A stretch of 55,135 bases of DNA from Octopus sinensis (GCF_006345805.1 NW_021833717.1:1-55135), one strand, 5' to 3'; counted from the stretch's first letter, positions 22,858-34,834 are shown. Notes: generated by a model from the sequence alone, not told the origin. A program made the numbers and translations.

Positions 22858-24385
22858 ATGTCGTCTAGCATGGAGCCTACCGTTGGAGCAGAAATACTTG
22901 TTTCTCCTGTTGAGAGGAGGAATACATGTCCGGCGAGGAGCCAACTACAGACAAGGAAAAGGGGTTTCCCCCGCTACAAGAAGGAATAGCAGAGAGGATA
23001 ATATATTGATATTTTTGGAGATGTGTCTGAGAGCTCGTCAGAACTTTCACCAGAAGAGTTTCCGACTTTGCCAGAGAACAAAGGCATTGTGTCGAAGAGA
23101 TAATTGATGTGCCTAGCATCCAGATAGAACCAAAAAATGGAAAAAAAAGTTTTGCGTTGGCTGCTGGGGGTGGAACCCAGATACTGTCGACGAATAAAAG
23201 CGAAATTATGAAATACAGCAAAATGATGGAAATAAATGACAACAGTGTGTGAAAATGAACCTCCGCAAAAGTTATTACAGGAAGAAAAGCAAAAAACAAT
23301 AATTTTCAAAACATATTGTCTACAAAATAGAAAAATTGAAAGAATGTCAGAAGAGAAAATAGAAAAGTGCTTAAACCAATATTGGGCGACGTAGTATTTC
23401 TGAGAAGAGGAAAAAAATTCGGAACGGTGGAAGTAAGGTTCACCAATAAAGAAATAGCACACAAGAACTCAGTGGAAACGTTGAAAACGAACGACGTGGA
23501 GTTAATACCCTATTATATGGGGATGAGGACGTCGCGAATAAAAATTACAAGGGTCCCGCCAGAGGTCGAACCTATGTGGTTGTTGGCGGCAGTCCTAATC
23601 AAAGAGGTAGAAAAAATTACTCTCCTCCAGGCTACCGCTACGGAAAACCCACGCTGGGATGGTAAAACAATAATCTTCTCATTCAAGCGGACCCTAAAAT
23701 AATTCAAACAATTCCTGAGACAATTGAGGTAGGGGAGGAGAACCTCGTGGTGTTTGTTGAGGGCCGAAAACCTCGATGTTTTTTATGTGGTCATTAGGCC
23801 ACATTCGAAGGAACTGCAAGGAAAATGAAGAAAGAGAAGAGGAGGAGGAGAAAAAAGACAAAGAGGAAGAAGATAAAGAAGAAACAGATGAGAAAAAAAC
23901 AACAAACAAAAGAAAAATACAACCAGCAACCCAGCCGAGAGCGGCGACTACTACAGAACAACGACCAAAAAAGACTGCCAGAAAGAAAAAAGAAAAAGAA
24001 AAAGGCATAATAGCCGTATACACTAAAGATACTGAGCTCATGAGAGACATTCAACTCATAAAGACTGTAAAAAAAATTGATAACCTTTCAGAGGAATTTA
24101 TCAATTACGACATATATGAAGTCTCAAATAAGACTTATAGAATTCTACAAAATAAGTACAGAAAGACTATATCTTCATTGAGATTAGATTTTAACAAGTC
24201 GATATTTCATGGATTACCAGCTCCGATCCCGCGAGAAAAGGAAAAGGTGGGATTTCCCCCCCACCTGATAATTCTGTGTCGGTGGTGAGACGGGATTTTG
24301 ACAAATCTATTTCCCAAGACCGTCCACCTCCGACCCTGGATAAAAAAAAGGTGGAGGGTCCCCCTCCACCGGACAATCCTAATTA
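22858..24385 (+). pseudogene. Tx1 ORF1 (RRM-like region, CCHC knuckle, K/E-rich region), frameshifted
   Basis: FGTVEVRF..RIKITRVPP; GRKPRCFLCG joins SLGHIRRNC across a 1-nt frameshift near 23790 to give CX2CX4HX4C. The start is approximate. Confidence 0.75.
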
Positions 24386-24397
24386 AACAGGTAAGTG

Positions 24398-27300
24398 ATG
24401 GCTATTCACATTGGTTGTTTAAATGTTCATGGCCTGTTGTCAAGCTGGAAGCAAGGACGCTTTCTGAATGACATCAGGTCGAGAAATTTGGATGTAATTG
24501 TTGCAACGGAAACCCGGGTGAAGGGGCAAGAGATCTGCTCCCCCTCCTGAACGGCTACGAGAAATACGTTTCTCCGAGTCGGGCGGGAGTGGGGGGGTGG
24601 GGTGTTGGGTCCTACTAAAAAGAAACGGGTAGCCGAGAAAAAGTTGGTTTTTTCTGACCCAGAAGGCAGGCTGGTCGTTCTCGACTTGACATTCAGTTGT
24701 GGCAAGACAATCAGGCTGGTCGCTATTTATGCACCAAACATTATTGGCCCGCAAACTGAATATTTTCGTGGCCTAGGAAAGTTCCTAGCCACGTCGCATT
24801 CACTAGTAGTGTTAGGAGACTCTAATACAATATGTGCAGCACACACAGATTGTGTTGGCTCAAACTCGAACATGAACAGAAAATGTAACACAGGCTTTCG
24901 GGATCTGCTAAGTCAATTTCAGCTAGCAGATCCATATAGGTTGGAGCACCCGAACACTCCACAGTGGACGTGGTCAAATAGTGACGGGTCTACCAGAACA
25001 TATCTAGATAGGATTTTAATTAGAGAAAAAGATAAGTCCATAGTTGAGTGTCCACAGTTTTTTCTAGTCAGCTACAGTGACCACAAAGATGGTTACCTGT
25101 AAACTGACGGTAGATAAGTTGCATAGACAGGGATCTGGCTACTGGAAACTCAATACGTCTCTTTTGGCGATTGAGGAGTACAGAAAGCGGATCAAGATGT
25201 TAATACAGAGGGCATTAACAGGTACCATCATTAATAACAAATGGTGGTACGCCCTAAAAAGAGCCATCAAATATGAGTCTATTAGGTTTAGCATAAGTTT
25301 AGCTAAGAAGGGACGTAAAATAGGAGATGGTCTAGTTAAGGAACTAGAAGAAGCCTGGAGGACTGGTAATACAGACCAAGCGAGGGTGAAAAGACTGGAG
25401 TTAAACCAGCATCTTGAAGCCCACCACATGGGAAGTATTACCAGAGCTAAGTTACGTGCAATGGGAAGTGAAGGAATCAAAGCCGCTGGATGGGCCCGAG
25501 TGGTGGAAGCTCGGCAAGGAAATAGTTCCTCTATTCGGTCTTTGACGAATCAAAATGGTGTCTTGATAAACGAACCCGAGAAAATGTGTGAGGTCTTTCG
25601 GGAGTACTTCGCCCAGCTGTTCGGGGGGACGGCGGCGGTCCTGGTGGTGGGAGAGCCCTCGAGGACTTTCTACCGGGCTGCCGTGCCTCTCGGGGTCGGA
25701 TGCGGAGTCTTGCGAAGGGCCAATCACACTTGAGGAGGTGATGGAGGCTTTGGCCGATTGTAAAGCGGGTAAGTCACCGGGACTTGATGGTCTTCCGTAC
25801 GAGCTGTATAAATGTATGCCAGACTTGTTCGGGCAACTACTGACTGACGTGTACGCGAACTGGAAACAGAATGGGTTTATCCCCAGATCTGTGCGCCGGG
25901 GAGTAGTGACGTTGGTCAGAAAGGACCCGGACAAGGGGGACGTTCTAGAGAATTTCAGGCCCATCACTCTGTTAAACGCAGAAGTGAAGATTTTGGCCAA
26001 GGTTCTAGCAAAAAGGTTGGCGCGTGTCGCGAATGGTATAGTCGGGGAGGCACAGACATGTGCCATCCCAGGCAGAACCATTCAGGATACCCTCCATCTT
26101 ATTCGCTATACCATAGAGAGGTTTGGTAATAAATCTGGCAAAGGTGGGGCATTGGTGCATTTGGACCAGTCTAAAGCTTTTGATAGGGTTGACCATCGAT
26201 ACCTAGCGACTGTACTTGCGCGGTTTGGCCTTGGCTTCCTCAGGTGGTTTATCGCTTTGTACCACAACATTGACTCGATAGTTCGGGTGAACGGTTTCCT
26301 TTCGAAGCCGTTCTGCATCAGACGCTCGGTTCGTCAAGGATGTCCGCTTTCACCACTTTTGTATGTGATGGCTCTCGAGCCATTACTGCAAAGGTTGAGT
26401 GGCATCCCGAGAGAACCAGGACTAGAGGAGTTTGTTACGGCTTTCGCGGATGATATCACTATCAGTGTAACCACAGTGGTACGCCTACGTGAAGTAGGTA
26501 AGACTATTGAGGCTTACGAGGAGGTAGCAGGAGCAAAGATTAAACGGGAAAAGTCGGTCGGCTTGCAGCTCGGCACCTGGGTGGCAAGTCGATGCCTTCA
26601 GACAGTGTTGTTAGGCGCTGGACGGAGGGACCGGTTAAGTTGCTGGGAGTCTGGTTTGGACCAGGCCTCCAGATAGAGAAGAACTGGACGGAGGTATTGA
26701 GCAGGGTGGCTGCAGTAGTCAAGACTTGGTCTTGGCGGTGGCTATCCCTGAAAGGGAGGGCGGAAGGGCCAATGTGTTTATCGCATCAGTCATTACCTAC
26801 CGCCTGACTGTCGTGCCCTGTCCGGATTCGTGGTTGATCAGGTTGGAGAGACAGCTCTTTCGCTTTTTGTGGAAGGGCAGGTCGCCACTTGTGAAACGCT
26901 CTGTCTGCTGTCAAAAGCCTTTAAATGGAGGTTAGGGATGCCTTGGTTAATGATGCGCAGACATGCGTTGAGGTTGAGGCACCTCTGGTCTCCTGGATAG
27001 TGAACGGGTGTGGTCTCCGCTGGCCAGACAAATGTTCCCTGAGTTCAAGAGTTTTTGCGAACAGGAAGCCTGGGTTCTCGTAGACCGAGGTCGAGTGATT
27101 GGCATAAAGAGTGCCGTAAGGCCCTCTTGCTGTTCCGGCGCTCGGGCAACGCCAGCGGTGGGGGTTCCACACGGATTTTATATAGTGGGTTGGTAGAGTC
27201 TGAATGCGACGATGGCCTGGGGTCGACTCTAGGTCTCGGATTTATTCAACTGGACAGCTTGTTTCATCGTACATTCGGGTTGAGAACGTTGGACAACTTC

Positions 27301-27788
27301 CAAAAGTCCTTAACCTGGCAATGCTACAGAGGTGCCTTGCCCGTTTGGGATAAGCTCGCAAGACATGGTAAACGTCAGTCGCCGACCTGTCCAAGATGCG
27401 GTGGGGACAGGGAAACCGTCCCTCACGCTATTGTTCAGTGTCCGGAGATAACTGAAATGTGGGCTTATGCTGAACATCTGTTGTCCGGCGAAGGAAGAGT
27501 ACGGCTGTCGACTGAGTCAATTATAAAAATTGACCCACCGGGAGTTCTAACGAACGAAGGTAAGAATTGTTTTCTCACGGTTGTAGCAATAACAAAAGAG
27601 GCTGTATGGAATACTAGGATAAAAGGAATTAAGACAGGCAACTTTATCTCTGGTGACAATTACGATCCTTTTTTTCTTTTCATTTGAAAAGGAAACTGTG
27701 GCTGGAGAAGAGGTGTCTGTCAGAGTGTACGTTCCAAAAGAGATGGAAGTATGTTGCACGAGTGTTGTGCGTGCAAGGAACCGTGTGA
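24398..27788 (+). pseudogene. Tx1 ORF2 (APE endonuclease, RT, C-terminal CCHC), several frameshifts
   Basis: LNVHGL, ATETR, LGDSN, YLDRI, SDH; KSPGLDG, FRPITLLN, DQSKAFDRV, QGCPLSP, FADD; CPRC...H...C. Confidence 0.93.
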
Positions 27789-28036
27789 ATAGACGAGGAA
27801 AAAAAAAAAAAAGGAAAAATAAAAAGGTATCAGCGGTAGATCGGGGCTTGTGGGATCGGAGCGTAACTTGATCATCGCTTCATTTGTATTGTTTTTGTAC
27901 TGTGTATTCCATTCGATTTTTATGTATTGTATTTTATTTTTGATGTCACATTTATGTAAAATCATATCGATTCACTGATCCCATCAGTTGTACTGTCCAT
28001 ATCTATGTTTGGCCCCCGGTGGGCAATAAAGAAATT

Positions 28037-28217
28037 GGTATTTCGTCTGCCACTACGTTCTGACTTCAAATTCTGCCGAGGTCGACTTTGCCTTTCATCC
28101 TTTCGGGGTCGATTAAATAAGTACCAGTTACGCACTGGGGTCGATGTAATCGACTTAATCCCTTTATCTGTCCTTGTTTGTTCCCTCTGTTTAGCCCCTT
28201 GTGGGCAATAAAGAAAT
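28037..28217 (+). mobile_element. 3' remainder of the family B SINE interrupted by Tx1
   Basis: Resumes in register with the head left at 22646-22693; ends gtgggcaataaagaaat. Confidence 0.88.
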
Positions 28218-28506
28218 AAGAATCATAGTGCCTAATCAGGCCTTGGTGCCGCAAGAAGCCAATGGGCTTTATTAAAAAATATCTAGTAGCGACACAAGCA
28301 ATATTAATTCCAAAAAGTAATATTCATATTCGTGCGTGTGTGCGTGTAATGTATGATAATTTATTGTTGGTGAAGTTATACTGGATGTATTTCAGTTGCT
28401 TTTAGTCCATGATTTGGTTACCTTTAATCTCATTATATAATGTGTATATTACCTTTTTAGCCCATGGTAACCTTAGTCCTCATTATTCCTGTGGTGTAAA
28501 AAGGAG

Positions 28507-29070
28507 AACTGGCACTCCGTCGGTTGCGACGACGTGGGTCCCGGTTGATCCCATCAACGGAACAGACTACTCACGAAATTAACATGCAAGTGGCTGAGTA
28601 CTCCACAGACATGCATACCTATTTCTTTACTACCCACAAGGGGCTTAACACAGAGAGGACAAACAAGGACAGACAAACGGATTAAGTCGATTATATCGAC
28701 CCCAGTACGTAACTGGTACTTAATGTATCGACCTCGAAAGGATGAAAGGCAAAGTCGACCTCGGCGGAATTTGAACTCAGAACGTAACGGCAGACGAAGT
28801 ACCGCTAAGCATTTCGCCCGGCATGCTAACGTTTCTGCCAGCTCACTGCCCTTAATACAGATACGTATCCCCTTAATGCAGTCCTCGGGGAGATTCAACG
28901 AGAACACAGAATGTGATATGGTTGACCCTTTTAAATTACAGGTACTCATTTTAGCCATCTAAGTGTGAAATAAAGTGTCTTGCTCAAGACACAACGCATC
29001 GCCGGAAATTGAACCCACGACCTGACGATCGTGAGCCGAATACCCTGACCACGAAGTCGTGCGCCTTCAC
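28507..29070 (-). mobile_element. tRNA-headed SINE (gtgaaggcgc head, tail beta) interrupted by a family B SINE
   Basis: Head at 29070, tail beta at 28507-28619; family B SINE inserted at 28620-28854. Confidence 0.8.
28620..28854 (-). mobile_element. SINE family B with Tx1-like tail
   Basis: Full head, central domain and tail ggtagtaaagaaata. Confidence 0.88.
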
Positions 29071-29199
29071 GTAGCGTGCGCATGTGCGAAGCCCATGGTA
29101 ACATCAGTCCTCGTTACATATGTAGTAAAATGCGTATTTGAGGGCGTTGAGTGGGGGTGGTGTGTACTCATAGGGACGTCTTCATTATGCAAGCAAATG

Positions 29200-29330
29200 T
29201 CGCAGAGGTTGACTTTGCCTTTCATCCTGTTGGGGATCGATAAAATAAGTACCAGTTGAACACTGGGGTCGATGTAATAGACTTACGCCCTCCTTCGTAA
29301 TTTCTGGACTTGTGCAAAATTTGAAAACAT
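29200..29330 (+). mobile_element. SINE family B central domain with a third tail type
   Basis: Central domain followed by cttgtgcaaaatttgaaa; the same tail is at about 47180. Confidence 0.6.
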
Positions 29331-29339
29331 TATGTATTA

Positions 29340-30190
29340 GTACAACGCGCGCGTGTATGTGTGTGAGAGAGAGAAAGAGAGAGAGTCTGTGTGAGAGTGA
29401 GAGAGTCTGTGTGAGAGTGAGAGAGTCTGTGTGAGAGAGAGAGAGTCTGTGTGAGAGAGAGAGAGTCTGTGTGATAGAGAGAGAGAGTCTGTGTGAGAGA
29501 GAGAGAGTCTGTGTGAGAGAGAGAGAGTCTGTGTGAGAGAGAGAGAGAAAGGGAGAGAGTATGTGTGTGTGAGAGCGAGAGAGAAAGAGAAAATGAGAGA
29601 AGGAGAGAGAGCAAGAGAGAGAGAGATCGAGTGTGTATGTGAGAGAGAGAAAGAGAGAGAGTCTGTGTGAGAGAAAGAGAGAGAGAAGGAGAGAGTATGT
29701 GTGTGTGAGAGCGAGAGAGAAAGAGAAAATGAGAGAAGGAGAGAGAGCAAGAGAGAGAGAGATCGAGTGTGTATGTGAGAGAGAGAGAGAAAGAGAGAGA
29801 GTCTGTGTGTGAGAGAAAGAGAGAGAGAAGGAGAGAGATGTGTGTGTGAGAGTGAGAGAGAAAGAGAAAGAGAGAGAAGGAGAGAGAGAGAGAGAGAGAG
29901 AGAGAGTGTGTATGTGAGAGAGAGGAAGAGAGTGTGAGTGTATGAGAAAGAGAGAGAGCGAGTGTGTATGTGTGAGAGGGAGCGAGTGTGTATGTGTGAG
30001 AGGGAGCTAGTGTGTATGTGTGAGAGGGAGCTAGTGTGTATGTGTGTGTGTGTGAGAGAGAGAGTGTGAGTGTTGTGTCTATTGTGTTGTGTGTGTGCTG
30101 TGCGTGTATTATGTGCATATATTGTGTGCGTGTGTCTGCGTGTATTGTATGTGTATCGTATGTTGTGTGTGTATTGCATGTGCGTTTGTG
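29340..30190. repeat. Compound GA/GT minisatellite with higher-order duplications
   Basis: gagagagtctgtgtga units and repeated ~130-bp blocks; the long ORFs here are artefacts. Confidence 0.92.
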
Positions 30191-30529
30191 TTGTCTCCAA
30201 GCAACATTATAAACCAATGAAATCCACAATCCTTCGCGAAATACCTTTCTCCATTCAAGTGTAGGCTGTCACTCGGAGTTGCGTCTAGATACCACTGACC
30301 TTTCAAGTAGAGATATCTTTACTCAGAGTCTAATAAACCTCATCCCTCAAGAATAAACCGATATTGAAACAAATCCGAGTGTCGATCCGCGTCTTAAAGG
30401 ATTAGCTAACGCCTTAATCAAATCCACTCATGTGGAAACCGAAATGTAGGCTGTACTCAGAATGAAGGTAGGATATTTCTGTCCATTCAAATAAAGGGAG
30501 TTTTATCATTGAAATACAATTGAATACAT

Positions 30530-30752
30530 ACATATGTGTGTATGTGTGTCTGTGTGTCTGTGTGTATGTGTGTATGTATGTATGTATGTGTGTATGTATG
30601 TATGTATGTATGTTTGTATGTATGTATGTATGTATGTATGTATGTTTGTATTATGTATGTATGTATGTATGTATGTGTGTATGTGTGTATGTGTGTATGT
30701 ATGTATGTGTGTATGTATGTATGTATGTATGTATGTATGTATGTATGTATGT
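30530..30752. repeat. (TATG)n microsatellite
   Basis: Direct reading. Confidence 0.95.
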
Positions 30753-31079
30753 ACAGAAATATTTTGATGAACTTTTATTCAATAATAAGAAAAATCCTAA
30801 TATCAGGACAAATGGCTTCGTAACTCAAAAACATGCAAATAATTTATATTATCATATTTAATAATCTATATATAATCCTTTGTCTCTCCGTCTTTCCCCC
30901 AATACATTCTCAAAGGGCTCAATCAAATCAAATCAAATTTTACATGATAATACTATCAGGCCCTGTGACTGTCAATATGTATTCTGGGGGGATTAAAACA
31001 ATGCATCATTGGCACTGGTTCCATATTACGTGTCAAAACTCGAAGAATATAAGTGAAAGAATAACATCTATATTGTAAT

Positions 31080-33770
31080 GTGATATATTGCTTCACTTTT
31101 ATACTTTTACTTTTAAATCTAACCACGACGACAACGATTCTGACATCACATCTATATATATAAAACTGAAGATGTGTGGTGTCTGTCTCCTACGATTTAG
31201 ATTCCTAACTACTCCCACATTTTGCGGTGCAGTTTAACCAAAAGCGGGTATCTTATAGTCGTGATTCATATCGAGCCCTTCTGGGTATTAGCGCGCGTCT
31301 ACGATGAGTCTACGATTTTTAAAAAAAATTACCATAATTTTTTCCATTTTTAATGCATTTTTTTGCTATTATATAAGGGAAGTAACTCTCTAAAAATGTC
31401 TACGATGAGTCTACGATTTAAAAAAAAATTACCATCATTTTTTTCCATTTTTAATGCATTTTTTGCTATTATATAAAGGAAGTAACTCTCTAAAAATGTT
31501 TATTTAGTTATTTCCCTTACAAACCCGAGCAACGCCGGGCGATACTGCTAGTTTTGTATATAACTGTGTATCTGTCTGTGAATGTATGTGTGTAAATGTA
31601 TGAGTGTGTAAATGTCTCACAGAATGCGTGTTTTTCCGCATTAGGTACATTATTAAACATACTACCTGTTTCACTTTTATACTTTTACTTTTAATTCTAA
31701 CCACCACCGCGACGTATATGAGTTTATAAGTGTGTATATGACTCACAGTGTGTGTGTGTCTTTCCGCATTAGGTACGTTATTAAACATACATGTATGTAG
31801 GGCTAATCAATATCAATACGAAATTTTATTTTCATTTCTATTAAAACAATATAACATTTCATAGAGATAATCTTTCTGTTTACGGACATGTACTTGCATA
31901 GCAAGGTACTTGATCTGAGACCGTGTGCTTGGAACATATATATATACAGCCTTTGACGGAGTAACAGTTGTATATATACAACTTGAACAGACACACATCA
32001 GCACATAAACATACATTTACATGTATATACACATATACACACATGCAGACACGTCTACACATTTACGTACGCAAATGCTCGCATACATACATACATACAT
32101 ACATACATACATACATACATACAACATACATACATACATACATACATACATACATGGTGGCTGCCCCATCGTTATCGTGTATGGCCATTGCACGAAGCTT
32201 AATCAATGTTGTTATCGTGCAATGCCTGTGCAAGTGAGGAAAGACTGTGCACTGAGTCAATCCCACTCACTAAGCAACAGCAGCCATAACCCGAAAAGAA
32301 GAACAAGTCAACATCATCGGTAACCACTGAGCCGCAGTTTTATATCGGAGTTATCCCAGTTACCTGAGTTACCTTTTCCGAGAAGAATGTCCTAACAAAG
32401 GCTAGAAGTCCTTCACTCCCAATGGTTTAATCGCGCGATCGGGTATTCAGTACGATTTTTTCTATGTCCTCGCGCATGATACAGCCTTAAGACATTTATT
32501 GGATGGCCGTTGACTCTCAAGAGTTCATCCGCCCTTTGACATACATACATACATACATACATACATACATACATACATACATACATACATACGTATATGC
32601 GTATGTGCATGTGTATATGCGTATATGCATGCGCATTTACACGTATATGTACATACACGCATACATACACACACACATACATACATACATACATACATAC
32701 ATACTACATACATACATACATACATACATAAACACATACATATGAACTAACTGTTACTTTCTCAGACGCAGCACGAAGTTTTGTCTGTGAACAGGTCGCG
32801 GTTTCAAAGCGACGAAAATATTTTGACACAAATGAAATTTAAACGTTGAAGCGAATCTAACAGTTTTTGTGTGTTCTTGAATGGCTTACAAACATCTTCC
32901 ACGCTGCAATCTTTCTATTGTCTACAGAACAGTTTATACCACGATGACAACGACGTCACATTTTTTTATGACTGTGAGTGTATTGTGTTAGTGTATGTCT
33001 TATAGTGGTTGTGTCTTTCCGCGTTAGGTACGTTATTAAACATACACATCTACACATACATCTACATATGTAATGGCACTTATTAAACACACATACACAC
33101 ACATCTACACATAAATATGCATATGTGACGAAGAACGTCGACGACAGCGTCACATTTTGTATATGACTGTGTATTTGTCTGTGAATGTATGTGTATGAGT
33201 GCATGAGTGTGTACATGTCTCACAGTGTGTGTGTCTTTCCGCGTTAGGTACGTTATTAAACATACTATATGTATGTGAAGGCTGATCAGTGTCAGTACGA
33301 AATTTTATTTTCATTTCGATTAAAACAATATAACATTTCATAGAGATAATCTTTCCATTTGTCAACAGGACATTTTATACCACGACGATAACGTCACATT
33401 TTGTATGACTGTGTATCTGTCTGTGAGTGTAAGTGTATGAGTGTGTATATGTCATAATGTGTGTGTGTGTCTTTCCACGTTAGGTACGTTATTAAGCAAA
33501 CACACATCTGCATATACATATACATATGTAACGACTGACATGCGTAAATGTATATCTCTGTGTGGCTAGCTTAGTATATGTGTGTGAGTGTATGTAAGGA
33601 ACATTTTATACCACAACGACGACGACGACGTCACATTTTGTATATGAGTGTATATCTGTCTGTGAGTGTATGAGTGTACATGTGTCTGTGAGTATGTGTT
33701 TCTGCGTTACGTACGTAAACACACACATCTACACATACATATACATATGTGACAACTAACATACCTGGAT
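31080..33770. repeat. Degenerate tandem array (~200-250-bp units) with insertions
   Basis: Recurring ccacgacgac..cgtcacattttgtat..gactgtgtat..ttccgcgttaggtacgttattaaac at about 31125, 31700, 32940, 33140, 33380 and 33610. Confidence 0.75.
31151..31551 (+). mobile_element. Non-autonomous Helitron
   Basis: 5' TC and 3' CTAG, inserted between A and T; subterminal hairpin cccgagcaacgccggg; internal ~101-bp tandem duplication. Confidence 0.88.
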
Positions 33771-34586
33771 GTATGTATGTGAGTTCTAGAGGTGAAACTC
33801 TTGATAAAAAAACGATGAGGCGGCAAGGTCCAAAGTATATATAAAAATACACTTTTACCGTTCCATTACCTGTTAATAATTATTGCATCAGTTGCAACGT
33901 ATTTACAATTAGACATTTACCCTTACATTAAAACATGTATCCTATATGTATATAATTCTTTATTTCTCTGTAATAATTACTGTGGCAATTACCGTTAGAT
34001 TAGCAGTACCATACATGTACTTTTATTTCGTTAATTTACACTGCATACAAAACTACAGACATACTATATACATACCACAGTAAGCCATTACGCCTTATTT
34101 TTTCAAGTGATCCATTACTACATATTCTCATGTAACTGCATAAGTTCCCTTTATGTTTCTTATTCTACAGCCACACCAGCAATCCAATGTCAACCTTTCG
34201 TCGTCTTCTACAACATTTCAACAGTTCACTTCCCCGTTGCCGTCTCCCATTGCAGACCATTTCCAGAATATACCCATTTACGCACAATATCTCCATTACA
34301 CCTCCATTCATTTGACTGTCAACCGTACAAGGATGGGTCGTGTTAGACGCATCGCTGACTGCCTCAAAGGCAAGTATATCCACTAACAGCTTTTCGGTGG
34401 GTTCAAAAAGTACGTACCCACCTCGATTCCCAATTTTTCATGATAGGTTAGGGCATGGAATCCTCCAAACGGACGTATTACATGTCGCTTAGTCGAATTA
34501 GACCATTAGTTACTCCACAAATGTTTTGTCGTCAATGCTGCACTTTCCCGTATCACTTGTTTCAACATAACTGTAATATACCACAT

Positions 34587-34640
<54 letters not shown>

Positions 34641-34659
34641 TATGTATATGAATGATAGA

Positions 34660-34830
34660 TCGTTAGCCACTACACAGATTTTTTTCTCTCCTTGTTTTTT
34701 TTGTGTACCTTTCTGTAGAAGAGCGTAGGCTCGAAACGTAAAAGACTTTTTCTATTCCTGAGCGTTATACTAATACATCTGTTTGTTTTGTACACCACCT
34801 GTCTTCGTCTTTTCTTTTTTTCATAAACTC
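34660..34830 (+). mobile_element. Probable Penelope-like terminal fragment
   Basis: gagcgtaggctcgaaacg hairpin+GAAA motif next to (TA)n. Confidence 0.4.
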
Positions 34831-34834
34831 TCCC

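Larger units (their letters stand above)
22694..28036 (+). mobile_element. Full-length Tx1-clade (L1-like) non-LTR retrotransposon, degenerate
   Basis: ORF1 and ORF2 remnants, T-rich 3' UTR and AATAAA; TSD ggtatttcgtctg(t/c)c(g/a) at 22678-22693 and 28037-28052. Confidence 0.93.

Noticed and set aside
22877-26935. Minus-strand ORFs over the Tx1 element
   Set aside because: They are antisense shadows of ORF1/ORF2, mostly over purine-rich tracts.
29330-30229. 299-aa and 287-aa minus-strand ORFs (SLSHT repeats)
   Set aside because: They lie entirely within the GA/GT minisatellite.
34709-34744. ctgtagaa-gagc/gctc-gaaacgta hammerhead-like motif
   Set aside because: A6 is replaced by T, so it is at best a decayed copy.
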